Below are positions 7,404-14,623 of a DNA stretch of 14,623 bases, piece by piece. The stretch is from Histomonas meleagridis 2922-C6/04-290x (Eukaryota > Protista > Parabasalia), in the NCBI GenBank assembly GCA_020184695.1, contig JAANOX010000210.1, positions 1 through 14,623 on the forward strand. The letters are read 5' to 3'. Under the pieces are notes generated by a model that was not told the DNA's origin, ran no database searches, and worked only from the letters and a program-made list of their open reading frames with translations. Positions within the stretch are counted from its first letter, which is position 1, and every line of letters begins with the position of its first letter. Position numbers and translations under genes: made by a program.

Positions 7404-8795
7404 TTACAGTTTATTTTGTATAGATATTAAGTTCGAAATTGTTGTCGTAAATTTATCGAAATTCATATGTTTCAAATTATGAATTTCCTCATTAAATTTG
7501 TATATTATCTGTTGCTTTTGATATTCTTTATGAGCATTTTCTGTACTTTCGTTAATTTTGTCTAAAATTTCTGTTTGTTCTTTTATCCTATTCTTCAACA
7601 AAGATATTTCCTCATCAGCAAACATTCGCTTAGATTTTAATATCCCCCACAAATGTTGAGCCTTTTTTAATGAGTTTTCCATATTCTCTTTTTCTATTTT
7701 TGAATCTTCTTCTGATTTTTGTAATGTTTTGGCAGTATTTTTCATTTCATCAACTTTCTTCCGAAGATTTTCAAGTGCTGACTTTAATGAATTAGTTTTT
7801 ATTCTTTCAACATTTACAATTATTTCTGAATAATCTTTGTGACTTTGTAAAACCGTTAAGTCGCCGATAGAAAAACCGTCGGTTTTACTTGCTATTTCAC
7901 TATGCGATGCGAAAGGAAGAAACTTTTTTACTTTTAGAAGATCATCATTTGCTTCATTTATCTCTTCGGTAAGTCTCTTGTTACATAATGAAAGTTGGTC
8001 GGCTGTTTCATTCAGAAATTGTACAGATCGTTTTGCATCTTCAAGCATAATATGTAGTTTATCATATGTATGGCGTGCAATGATCCACTCATCATCAATT
8101 ATTTGTTGTGGCCGATTTAGACGTGATTCATTTTCTTGTTTGGTAAGATTTAGATGTTTGTTTGACTGGTTTTCTTTCTCTGTTAGTTCTTTAAGCTGGT
8201 TGGCAATGAAGTCATTAATGCGTGAAAAATTTTTGGTTTTAATGGAATTGAATTGATTGTCAAATCGAATCTTTTCGATTTCATGGTGAGATTTTTGCCA
8301 TTTTGTAAGTAGCTCCTTGAATTCGAGATCTTTGACTTCGATACATTCTGAAGAATCTAATTCACCGGTAATGATGTCAATTCGATCTTGTAGAATATTC
8401 ATTGCTTGGTCACGTTCTTTTGCTGCTTGGTGTAATAACTTAACTCTATATTTTTTGCTTTCATAAAGAGCTTGAGTTTGTTGATATTTATTGATTACAG
8501 GTTGAAGACGTGATTCACATATTTTCGAAACTTGATCAAAAGCATTTTGAAGCCGAAGTAATTCAACTTGAGGACCGGAATTATCATAATTATTATTGTT
8601 TGCCATTGCCTCCCTTAGTTGATTTAATTCTTGTTCTTTTAATTCGATTTGTTTTTGGAGTTCTTGAACTTTGGATTTAGCATTTTCCGTTGTTAAAAAT
8701 GAAGTACCAGCTGATGATTTATGTAAAACATTTTTGGTTTTGTTAGTTGGTTTTATTGACCTTGGGCTGATTGCTCCTGGTGGATATTTTTTCAT
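7404..8795 (-). CDS. Uncharacterised long coiled-coil protein, 463 aa
   Basis: ATG-initiated 463-codon ORF with a basic S/P-rich N-terminal head followed by extended E/K/Q/L heptad-rich segments. No recognisable domain. Confidence 0.85.
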   Translation of the reverse strand: MKKYPPGAISPRSIKPTNKTKNVLHKSSAGTSFLTTENAKSKVQELQKQIELKEQELNQLREAMANNNNYDNSGPQVELLRLQNAFDQVSKICESRLQPVINKYQQTQALYESKKYRVKLLHQAAKERDQAMNILQDRIDIITGELDSSECIEVKDLEFKELLTKWQKSHHEIEKIRFDNQFNSIKTKNFSRINDFIANQLKELTEKENQSNKHLNLTKQENESRLNRPQQIIDDEWIIARHTYDKLHIMLEDAKRSVQFLNETADQLSLCNKRLTEEINEANDDLLKVKKFLPFASHSEIASKTDGFSIGDLTVLQSHKDYSEIIVNVERIKTNSLKSALENLRKKVDEMKNTAKTLQKSEEDSKIEKENMENSLKKAQHLWGILKSKRMFADEEISLLKNRIKEQTEILDKINESTENAHKEYQKQQIIYKFNEEIHNLKHMNFDKFTTTISNLISIQNKL

Positions 8796-8878
8796 TTATA
8801 GACGTTTATTCGCATTTTTGAGACCGTTATCTCACTCATAACATTTTTTGTATAATTTCATAATATGATTTTTCTTTC

Positions 8879-8951
8879 GCATCTATAACTCAGCGGTTAG
8901 AGAGTAGTGCTTATCACGCGAAGGTCTTGGGTTCGAATCCCCTGAGGTGCA
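8879..8951 (+). tRNA. tRNA-Ile(TAT)-like gene, heavily degenerate (probable pseudogene)
   Basis: It parses into a 73-nt cloverleaf: GCATCTA TA ACTC AGCGGTTA GAGA G TAGTG CT-TAT-CA CGCGA AGGTC TTGGG TTCGAAT CCCCT GAGGTGC A. The anticodon TAT is at 8912-8914, the B box GGTTCGAATCC is perfect, and a T5 terminator lies at 8955-8959. Non-pairing positions are 7:66, 10:25, 28:42, 49:65 and 50:64, and position 37 is C. Confidence 0.85.
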
Positions 8952-9132
8952 TAATTTTTCGTCTTTAATCGACAAACAAAAAGATTGTTTTTCATAGAAA
9001 AAAACATCGTCGTTCTGAAATTTCTATCGTATGTCCAACTTGAAAAGTTTTTTCAAAAAATTTGTTGATAACTCCTGATAGATCATCATAAGCAAATGCA
9101 AAAATTTTCAAAAGTATAAATAAAAACGACTT

Positions 9133-9645
9133 TTAAAGAAGGTTGCAGCAGCTTGATTTGAGTTTTCCATCATATGGATCAGCTTCTTTTGACTTTGGAT
9201 CTATCTCTTTACCTACCAAAATCTTAACGAGCTGTGGGTATGTTATCTTCCCTGACTTTTTCCCGATTACTTGCGTCAATAGATCTTCTATTTCTTCATC
9301 TGTTCTTTCTTGTCCTAAGTACTTAGATATCTTCTTGATTTCTTTAGAGTCAAGGGATCTAGATCGATCTGTATCGATAGAACGGAAAGCCATCTTTAAG
9401 ATGTATTCTTGGTCATTTGTTAAGGCTGCAATAACAAAATCCTTGAACTCTTCTTTTGAAACTGTCTTGGAATTATCAATATCTATTCCTTTAAAGTACA
9501 TATCAGCTGTTTCATCGTCTGTCCTTCCTGCCATTACCTCAGATACAAGCACTTTAAATTGAGATTGATCGAGAGCTCCTTTTTTCTTTGTGTCTGCTTC
9601 GTCGAATTTATCCAAGAAAGCGTTCACTTGCTCGGTTGAAGCCAT
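9133..9645 (-). CDS. Calmodulin-like EF-hand protein with C-terminal CCxLL (CaaX-type) lipidation motif, 170 aa
   Basis: There are four helix-loop-helix units. Loops DIDNSKTVSKEE and DTDRSRSLDSKE are near-canonical; DTKKKGALDQSQ and IGKKSGKITYPQ are degenerate. The protein ends KLKSSCCNLL. An Inr lies upstream and the stop reads TAAA. Confidence 0.92.
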   Translation of the reverse strand: MASTEQVNAFLDKFDEADTKKKGALDQSQFKVLVSEVMAGRTDDETADMYFKGIDIDNSKTVSKEEFKDFVIAALTNDQEYILKMAFRSIDTDRSRSLDSKEIKKISKYLGQERTDEEIEDLLTQVIGKKSGKITYPQLVKILVGKEIDPKSKEADPYDGKLKSSCCNLL

Positions 9646-9650
9646 TTTGA

Positions 9651-9656
9651 ATGTGA
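9651..9656 (-). promoter_or_regulatory. Inr element TCACAT
   Basis: The minus strand reads GCATCACATTCAAA-ATG upstream of the EF-hand gene. Confidence 0.65.
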
Positions 9657-9899
9657 TGCGAAATAACGAGTTTATAACGTTTCGTATTGAATTTTGAGTG
9701 GTTAATTAATTACCTGGGCGGATATATTGCAAAGAAAAATTTTCACTTTTTAATTTTCAATTTCTCCATACAAAAAGCAGCCATTTTGTTTCACAAAAAT
9801 CTCAAGTGATTTAACTGCGGTGTGTGTTAAAAATTCCTCCATTGCAAATAATTTTTTGTTCATTTTTTCCCTATGACTTTAGTTTTCATGATAATATCA

Positions 9900-10130
9900 T
9901 AATGATACACTAACTAATAAGATTCTTATTATTCGGAATATTGAATTTAAAATGTGCATAATTCTGGCGGATGGCCATGTGAAGTGTTTGCCCGATAGGA
10001 TAAATTGACTCAATAACGATTGCATTTCATTTAATTTTTTAATTGTATTTATCGTCCAATCTTCAATCATGAATACAAATCCATTGAATGAATAAAAATA
10101 AATTTCAGCCAACACATAGTAGTAACGAAC
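9900..10130 (-). pseudogene. Possible decayed ankyrin-repeat remnant
   Basis: Fragments in different frames: GQTLHMAIRQNYAH (9952-9993; ankyrin GxTPLHxA-like but lacking the Pro), IIRILL (9915-9932), and a broken LKIG..INT resembling GADIN. Spacing is imperfect. Confidence 0.3.
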
Positions 10131-10389
10131 CAACTAGCATCGATAAAATACATGTTATTGTAAAAATTTAACACTTAATAAACAAATGATGATCAATTAT
10201 GATAAATTTTAATAGAAAATTTGGTAAAATTCCTTTAATCTATGAAAAGCTCTGTATTGTAATATTGGACTTTTTGCATAAACATAAAATAAAAAAAAAA
10301 TCATGATGTAATTGGTTAATATTATATTGACACTTTTTAATAATTTAAAACAGAGTTAGTCAATGAAGTTTTGACAAATTTGACAGCCT

Positions 10390-10395
10390 TCATTT
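10390..10395 (+). promoter_or_regulatory. Inr element TCATTT
   Basis: CCTTCATTTAGCCA-ATG lies immediately upstream of the TRAP-alpha ATG at 10401. Confidence 0.7.
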
Positions 10396-10400
10396 AGCCA

Positions 10401-11114
10401 ATGTTACTGACCTTACTTTTCTCTTTTGCTTTTTCTGAAGAAGAAAGAGAAGGCGTGTACTCTCCTCGTAATGGCCCTTTCCTTCCTCTCGCTAAAACAG
10501 AGGCTATTTATGGAAAGTCCATGCTCCCAGATTATCCAAATAACAAAATCCCAATAAAGCGCTTCTTCCGTGTTATTAGCTCATTTGCTGTTAACAGCGA
10601 AGAAGGTTTTGGCTTACAAGAGGTTTTCGGACACGTTACTGCACTTAATGATCCTAATGATTTTGTTTGGAACTTCACATCATACGGCCTTGGAGGTCGC
10701 CTTTCCAATGAAGATCAAACTACATTCCTTCACCTATGTGAACTTGACCAAGAAATGGAATCCGGAAAATTCAATCTTGATATCTACGCTAAAATCACAT
10801 CTGAGGATGGCCTTAACTATTCAGTTCTTCTCTTCAACGAAACAGCTGAATTTTATGAAGTTGTCAACATTAAGGAACGTCTTGGTACAGTTTTCCTATA
10901 CCTTTTCTTCGTCTTTGTTGTTGGTTACATTCTTTACGTTATCTTTACCAAAGACAAGAGCAAAGTTACTACAAAGCCAATCCGTAAGCAAAAGATTGCT
11001 GACTACTCAGAAATCCATCGCTCATCTTCTCCAGCACGCAAATCATCACCAGCACGCAGCTCGTCACCAGGACGCAACCCATCACCTGGTCGTAAATCTT
11101 CCCCAGCCAAGTAA
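10401..11114 (+). CDS. SSR1: Translocon-associated protein subunit alpha (TRAP-alpha)
   Basis: Signal peptide MLLTLLFSFAFS, then a luminal domain with VISSFAVN, FVWNFTS, QTTF, KFNLDIY and LLFNETAEFYE. These parallel the TRAP-alpha motifs FLVGFTN, YIQNFTA, QATF, PFGLVIN and AVFNQTVTVIE. One TM helix and a basic cytosolic tail follow. Codon usage is C-ending-rich, as expected of a highly expressed gene. Confidence 0.85.
   Translation: MLLTLLFSFAFSEEEREGVYSPRNGPFLPLAKTEAIYGKSMLPDYPNNKIPIKRFFRVISSFAVNSEEGFGLQEVFGHVTALNDPNDFVWNFTSYGLGGRLSNEDQTTFLHLCELDQEMESGKFNLDIYAKITSEDGLNYSVLLFNETAEFYEVVNIKERLGTVFLYLFFVFVVGYILYVIFTKDKSKVTTKPIRKQKIADYSEIHRSSSPARKSSPARSSSPGRNPSPGRKSSPAK
11028..11111 (+). repeat. 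Coding 18-nt tandem repeat (about 5 x S-P-[AG]-[RK]-x-x) in the TRAP-alpha tail
   Basis: TCTCCAGCACGCAAATCA / TCACCAGCACGCAGCTCG / TCACCAGGACGCAACCCA / TCACCTGGTCGTAAATCT / TCCCCAGCCAAG. Confidence 0.9.
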
Positions 11115-11644
11115 ACAACACACAACAGATCATTCGTGCTTTACGGTTTTATCGTTTTTCTTTGAAATTTGAGGTGCCCCAATCACTACGATAGTGTTTC
11201 ATTTTTTTCTTTTTTTTTCAAATGAATTTGTATGAGGTGTTAAAAAGAGGTTTAGGAAATGAAAATAATTATGTTATTTTTGTAAAAGATTGATTCTTAT
11301 TTAGATAAGTATAATAATTTAAAACATTTTAAAATTAACATCTAAAAAAAACCTGAACAAATATCAAAGCCATTATGATTATGTAAATAAAATATAGATT
11401 TATGTTTTATCCTTTTTCAGTAATACTTTGCTTCCTATGATTAATTTTATAAATAGTTTTTTCATCCAATTACTCGTACCGGCCGTTATAAGATGAAAGG
11501 TTATGCATAACCATATCTTACAATACATTTCTTATTTTTTATTATTTACCCTTTTTACTATTATCGGCATAACCGTTTTTAATGTGTTAATACTTATGTA
11601 TAATATTGACTTTCGATTTCTGCAATTCGTATATAGCAATCATC

Positions 11645-12050
11645 CTACGATCTTGATATCATGAATATATAATATATATCCATAGTTGCATCTATGGTTG
11701 ATATAAATCTAAAAATAATATCATAATTAGCACGGAATAGATTTATTCTTTCATTCCAAAAAGTGACAAAATCGACTTTTGCATGGTTTACGTTGAACGA
11801 TAGGAGGCAACGATAAGTGCCAATAAAAGCGAATTTGAATGATGGTACCATCATTTATTTAAATATTATCAAATTTTTACTTTTTTCTCAAAAAAGTACG
11901 TCATTATATCCGAAAAGTGTCTTGAATTTCTATGCCTTATTTATTTCTGCCATTGTGATGATGATGGCAGCCAAATTAAATGATCCTTGGTTTGTTAAGA
12001 AATGAAATTGTTGAAATTTATTCACAATAGCGTGGTTTGTTATTCATTTC
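11645..12050 (-). pseudogene. Decayed DUF3447/ankyrin-family gene remnant (trichomonad-expanded family)
   Basis: Minus-strand fragments KFDNI*INDGTIIQ / FAFIG, HAKVDFVTFWNE and DATMDIYYIF follow, in order, the recalled DUF3447 consensus KF.SEIT..CLQFSFLG..SHNIDFVTFLMNE..DQTNDINKCF. A frameshifted AII-HN or CHHHHN segment lies near 11955. Multiple stops and indels are present. Confidence 0.55.
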
Positions 12051-13260
12051 AAATAATTATATGAAATCTTGATTTTCTTGAATTTATGAATTTAATGAAA
12101 ATATGAATGATATGATAATTTTCGTAATACCTTAATGATGTACTTATTTAATGTGATTAATAATTTATTCTCAATAAAATAGTTTCTGTGTAAGTACAAC
12201 ATATTCATGAAATATCTTGAGACAAACGATACATTTTTTTCTGATGAAAACGATTTTTGATCATTGAATTCATTTGATGTATTTTTTTTTTTTAAATTTT
12301 TGTATTTTAGCATTATGTTCAATTTTATTGAATAAATATCTATGCAAATTTAATTTGCAAATGATCATTGACTTGAGATACATATATCAATTCCTTTATC
12401 TCATGTGCTTTCAAATTTTGAAGATATTACATTTTTAGACTTATTTAACATTCTATGTAATGATGTTGATTTCTCTATTTCTCCAAATATGAGTCAATAC
12501 CACCGTTTTTGACGAGCTTTATTCTAGAACGTTTTTGAGAACGATACAAGCTGATTGAGCCATTTTTATTCGTCCATCAATTCAAATTTGACTTCGAACC
12601 GCTTGAACATGTAAATCCATATCAATTGATTGAGAAAAAAATTACCTATTTTTCACCTTGGATTTATTTTTTGCCTTCGGCAAAAAATAAATCCAAACTT
12701 TGATAAATTATTAGTTTTGCTTTTATATCTATTTTAATTTTTGAATTCTTCTAAATAATATTTTGGATTTTGTTAAATTTTGTAAATTCTCTATTAATCA
12801 AAAAAACAATATCATTTAATTTAGAGATTGAAAATTGAAGAAATATAAAATAAGTCGTATAAACTATTATAATATTATAATTATACTAAATTTTCTATGA
12901 ATAGTTTTATATAAAATTTCATATGGAAATTATTTATTATCTTTTTGTTTTGCATCATTTGGAAATATTTAAAAACTAATTCAAGTACTATTGTACTTCG
13001 GGGATACTTTATTAGAAAACTATTTTAAATTAATATTCTCTTGCTAAATAAAACCCATATAAGTGCTGTTTTAAATAATTTAAATAATTTCCAAATATTA
13101 ATTTGAAATCCAAAATTATTAAAATAAATATTAAATAAAACAAATAAATATCATTAGTATTGATATCAATTCCTTTTTGTTCAAGAAGTGTTTGATAGAA
13201 GTGTTTCCCAATCGCAATGTTCCTTTGGTTTCATGTGGAAAATATTAATAAATCACAAGA

Positions 13261-13287
13261 GACCGTTTTTTCAAATATCGACCGTTA
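13261..13287 (+). promoter_or_regulatory. Tandem M3-like (Myb-type) core promoter motifs GACCGTTT and GACCGTTA
   Basis: There are two matches (13261-13268, 13280-13287) to the T. vaginalis M3 consensus DRCSGYTD, 53-79 nt upstream of ATG 13340. Confidence 0.4.
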
Positions 13288-13339
13288 AGTAACTTGACTT
13301 AACATTTCGAAATGTGATATGAAAAATAAATGAAACAAA

Positions 13340-14002
13340 ATGAGCAAAAAACTTCCATCACTTTCTGGATCTTATCATAATATAGAGCATGCTATCATTG
13401 AAGCCATACATCTATTAGCTCCATTATCAGAGTATAATGATGGATCATGTCGTTGTAAAGATATTTTTTTGCTTGTCAAAAATGCAACTATTCAAATTGG
13501 GAATCAACTTCAGCAAGGAAACCATCGGTTCACGCTATTTTCTTCAGCGCTTTGCGGCCGTCGTTCTTCGTTTAAACTTTTCCAAAAAGTAACAGATAAA
13601 GAGCGGCATGGTTCTTGGTGGAAACTCAAAGTTTCATATGAAGAGGCGCTATCAATCTCTAGTTCATTGCCCTCTCGTAATCAGTCAAAATTTCTTGGCG
13701 TGATTGATAACAATTCATCTTCACCAACGCCTCTTTTTGCATCAAGATCGGAATTAATTCAAAGAAAGTTTCTATCGTTAATTCCGTTCTCTATAATGGA
13801 ACCAGAGCTCATCAATAATACTGAAGAGCTTGAAAATGAACATACAGATATTTCAAATCGTTTGCAAATTGCTAAATCTGAAGCGCCACCAGATGTAAGT
13901 CAAGCACTGCTTCATTTAAATAATCTAAAGCGCCAATTTGAAGATTTGACACATGAAAAACAAGCATATGAAGAATCACAAACGCTCAGATTTTTCCAAT
14001 AA
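13340..14002 (+). CDS. Putative winged-helix (forkhead-like) DNA-binding protein with C-terminal coiled coil, 220 aa
   Basis: ATG-initiated ORF whose stop reads TAAA. Residues 11-97 show three predicted helices followed by FQKV..HGSWWKL. An S/P-rich linker and a heptad-rich C-terminus follow. The coding status is confident; the fold is inferred. Confidence 0.75.
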   Translation: MSKKLPSLSGSYHNIEHAIIEAIHLLAPLSEYNDGSCRCKDIFLLVKNATIQIGNQLQQGNHRFTLFSSALCGRRSSFKLFQKVTDKERHGSWWKLKVSYEEALSISSSLPSRNQSKFLGVIDNNSSSPTPLFASRSELIQRKFLSLIPFSIMEPELINNTEELENEHTDISNRLQIAKSEAPPDVSQALLHLNNLKRQFEDLTHEKQAYEESQTLRFFQ

Positions 14003-14134
14003 ATTGTTTAGTAGCTAAATTATTTTTAATAGCTATATTTTATTACAAAAAAATTTTCATTGAATCTATAAAATTCATATTTTGTTAATGAGTACAAAAC
14101 AAATTTGGTTCCTATTTGATTAGTAAAAGCCAAT

Positions 14135-14158
14135 ATAATATTATAATATTATAATATT
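14135..14158. repeat. (ATAATATT)x3 AT minisatellite
   Basis: Three exact 8-mers at 14135, 14143 and 14151. Confidence 0.8.
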
Positions 14159-14329
14159 TTTTGTTTTAGTTTTAAATAATGATAAAAAATTCAAAATTCA
14201 AAATTTCAACAAATGAATGAAAAATCATCGTATTCATGTTCAAAAACTGATTTTGGAGTTTTGGGGACTTTCCCATTATTATAATGAAAATATGAAAGAA
14301 TTAAAAATGAAGTTTTTCCCATTTAAGCT

Positions 14330-14615
14330 TTACATGGCGTTAAACTTTTGCCTTCAAAGCTTTGTGAAATAGATGTTAAAATGCAAGCACCTAATTTTAT
14401 TTTTTTATTTTCATTTAAGAAAGGTAAACATATAATTCTTTATTTCTTATGAATGTTTTTTCTGTTTGCAAAAATTAAGTTATATTTTATTTAATAATTG
14501 TAAAAAACAAAAAATATTTATTCATCATTTGGAAGAAATGGAAATTTCAAAGCATTTGGATACACAACATTTGCCTTAATCCAAGAATTGAGTGTTTCTA
14601 GCACAAAATCTCGAA
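14330..14615 (+). pseudogene. Possible very decayed BspA-like LRR remnant
   Basis: Only short fragments are seen, LLPSKLCEID and FKAFGYTTFALIQEL, loosely resembling LPSSLxEIG and xxIGxxAF..L. Confidence 0.2.
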
Positions 14616-14623
14616 TTTGATTT

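Noticed and set aside
7978-8256. 92-aa antisense ORF
   Set aside because: Shadow of the coiled-coil gene.
9143-9562. 139-aa antisense ORF to the EF-hand gene
   Set aside because: Typical antisense shadow of a gene with biased codon usage; non-ATG start.
9814-9831. TTAACACACACCGCAG resembling the trichomonad intron branch/3' splice motif ACTAACACACAG
   Set aside because: Not an exact match, lies outside any CDS, and has no matching 5' splice site or exon to join.
10570-11172. 200-aa +1-frame ORF overlapping TRAP-alpha
   Set aside because: Non-ATG start; stop avoidance is explained by the host gene's codon bias.
11661-12005. Plus-strand ankyrin-like fragments (NLKIIS*L, YLNIIKFLL, MAAKLNDPWFVKK)
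   Set aside because: Spacing (50 and 42 aa) does not fit the 33-aa period, and the minus strand has a better ordered DUF3447 match.
12588-12602. B-box-like GGTTCGAAGTC (minus strand); similar ATTCGAACC near 974
   Set aside because: No A box and no cloverleaf in either context.
12190-12620. Possible BTB/BACK-like (plus strand) or ankyrin-like (minus strand) remnant
   Set aside because: Two incompatible weak readings; neither is supportable without a search.
12981-13000. Small hairpins (AAGTAC-TATT-GTACTT here; TGCAAATT-T-AATTTGCA at 12343-12359; CACTA-CGA-TAGTG at 11184-11196)
   Set aside because: Short stems expected by chance in AT-rich DNA.
14262-14277. GGGACTTTCC (kappa-B consensus) and its similarity to GACTTTTCCATT at 39-50
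   Set aside because: NF-kB is not expected in this lineage; a 12-nt one-mismatch match is not enough to call it the partner element end.
1-14623. CRISPR arrays, rRNA, C/D snoRNAs, alternative genetic code
   Set aside because: No repeat-spacer array or rRNA motifs; RTGATGA boxes lack paired CTGA boxes; long ORFs are open in the standard code and end in TAA.

Overview
AT-rich eukaryotic genomic DNA, almost certainly from a parabasalid (trichomonad) protist. Supporting signs: intronless genes in the standard code, TCAY(T/A) initiator elements 5-10 nt before several ATGs, five of seven stop codons reading TAAA (the trichomonad polyadenylation signal), and trichomonad-expanded families (BspA-type LRR, Pmp-like, DUF3447/ankyrin). 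There are seven intact protein genes: a Pmp-like type I membrane protein, NAA40/NatD, a SPAG17/PF6-like flagellar central-pair protein, an orphan coiled-coil protein, a lipid-anchored EF-hand protein, TRAP-alpha/SSR1, and a forkhead-like winged-helix plus coiled-coil protein. There is also one heavily mismatched tRNA-Ile(TAT)-like gene. The longer spacers hold decayed remnants of expanded families, and a GC-rich hairpin at 211-243, possibly a transposon end, coincides with the end of a BspA pseudogene. No complete novel system can be proven from the sequence. The best leads are the degenerate tRNA with an intact B box and terminator, the forkhead-like protein, an AACGT(T/C) motif near the ATGs of Inr-less genes, a sharp GC3 island inside the SPAG17-like gene, and the candidate element end. 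All family calls come from motif recognition by eye; no searches were run.
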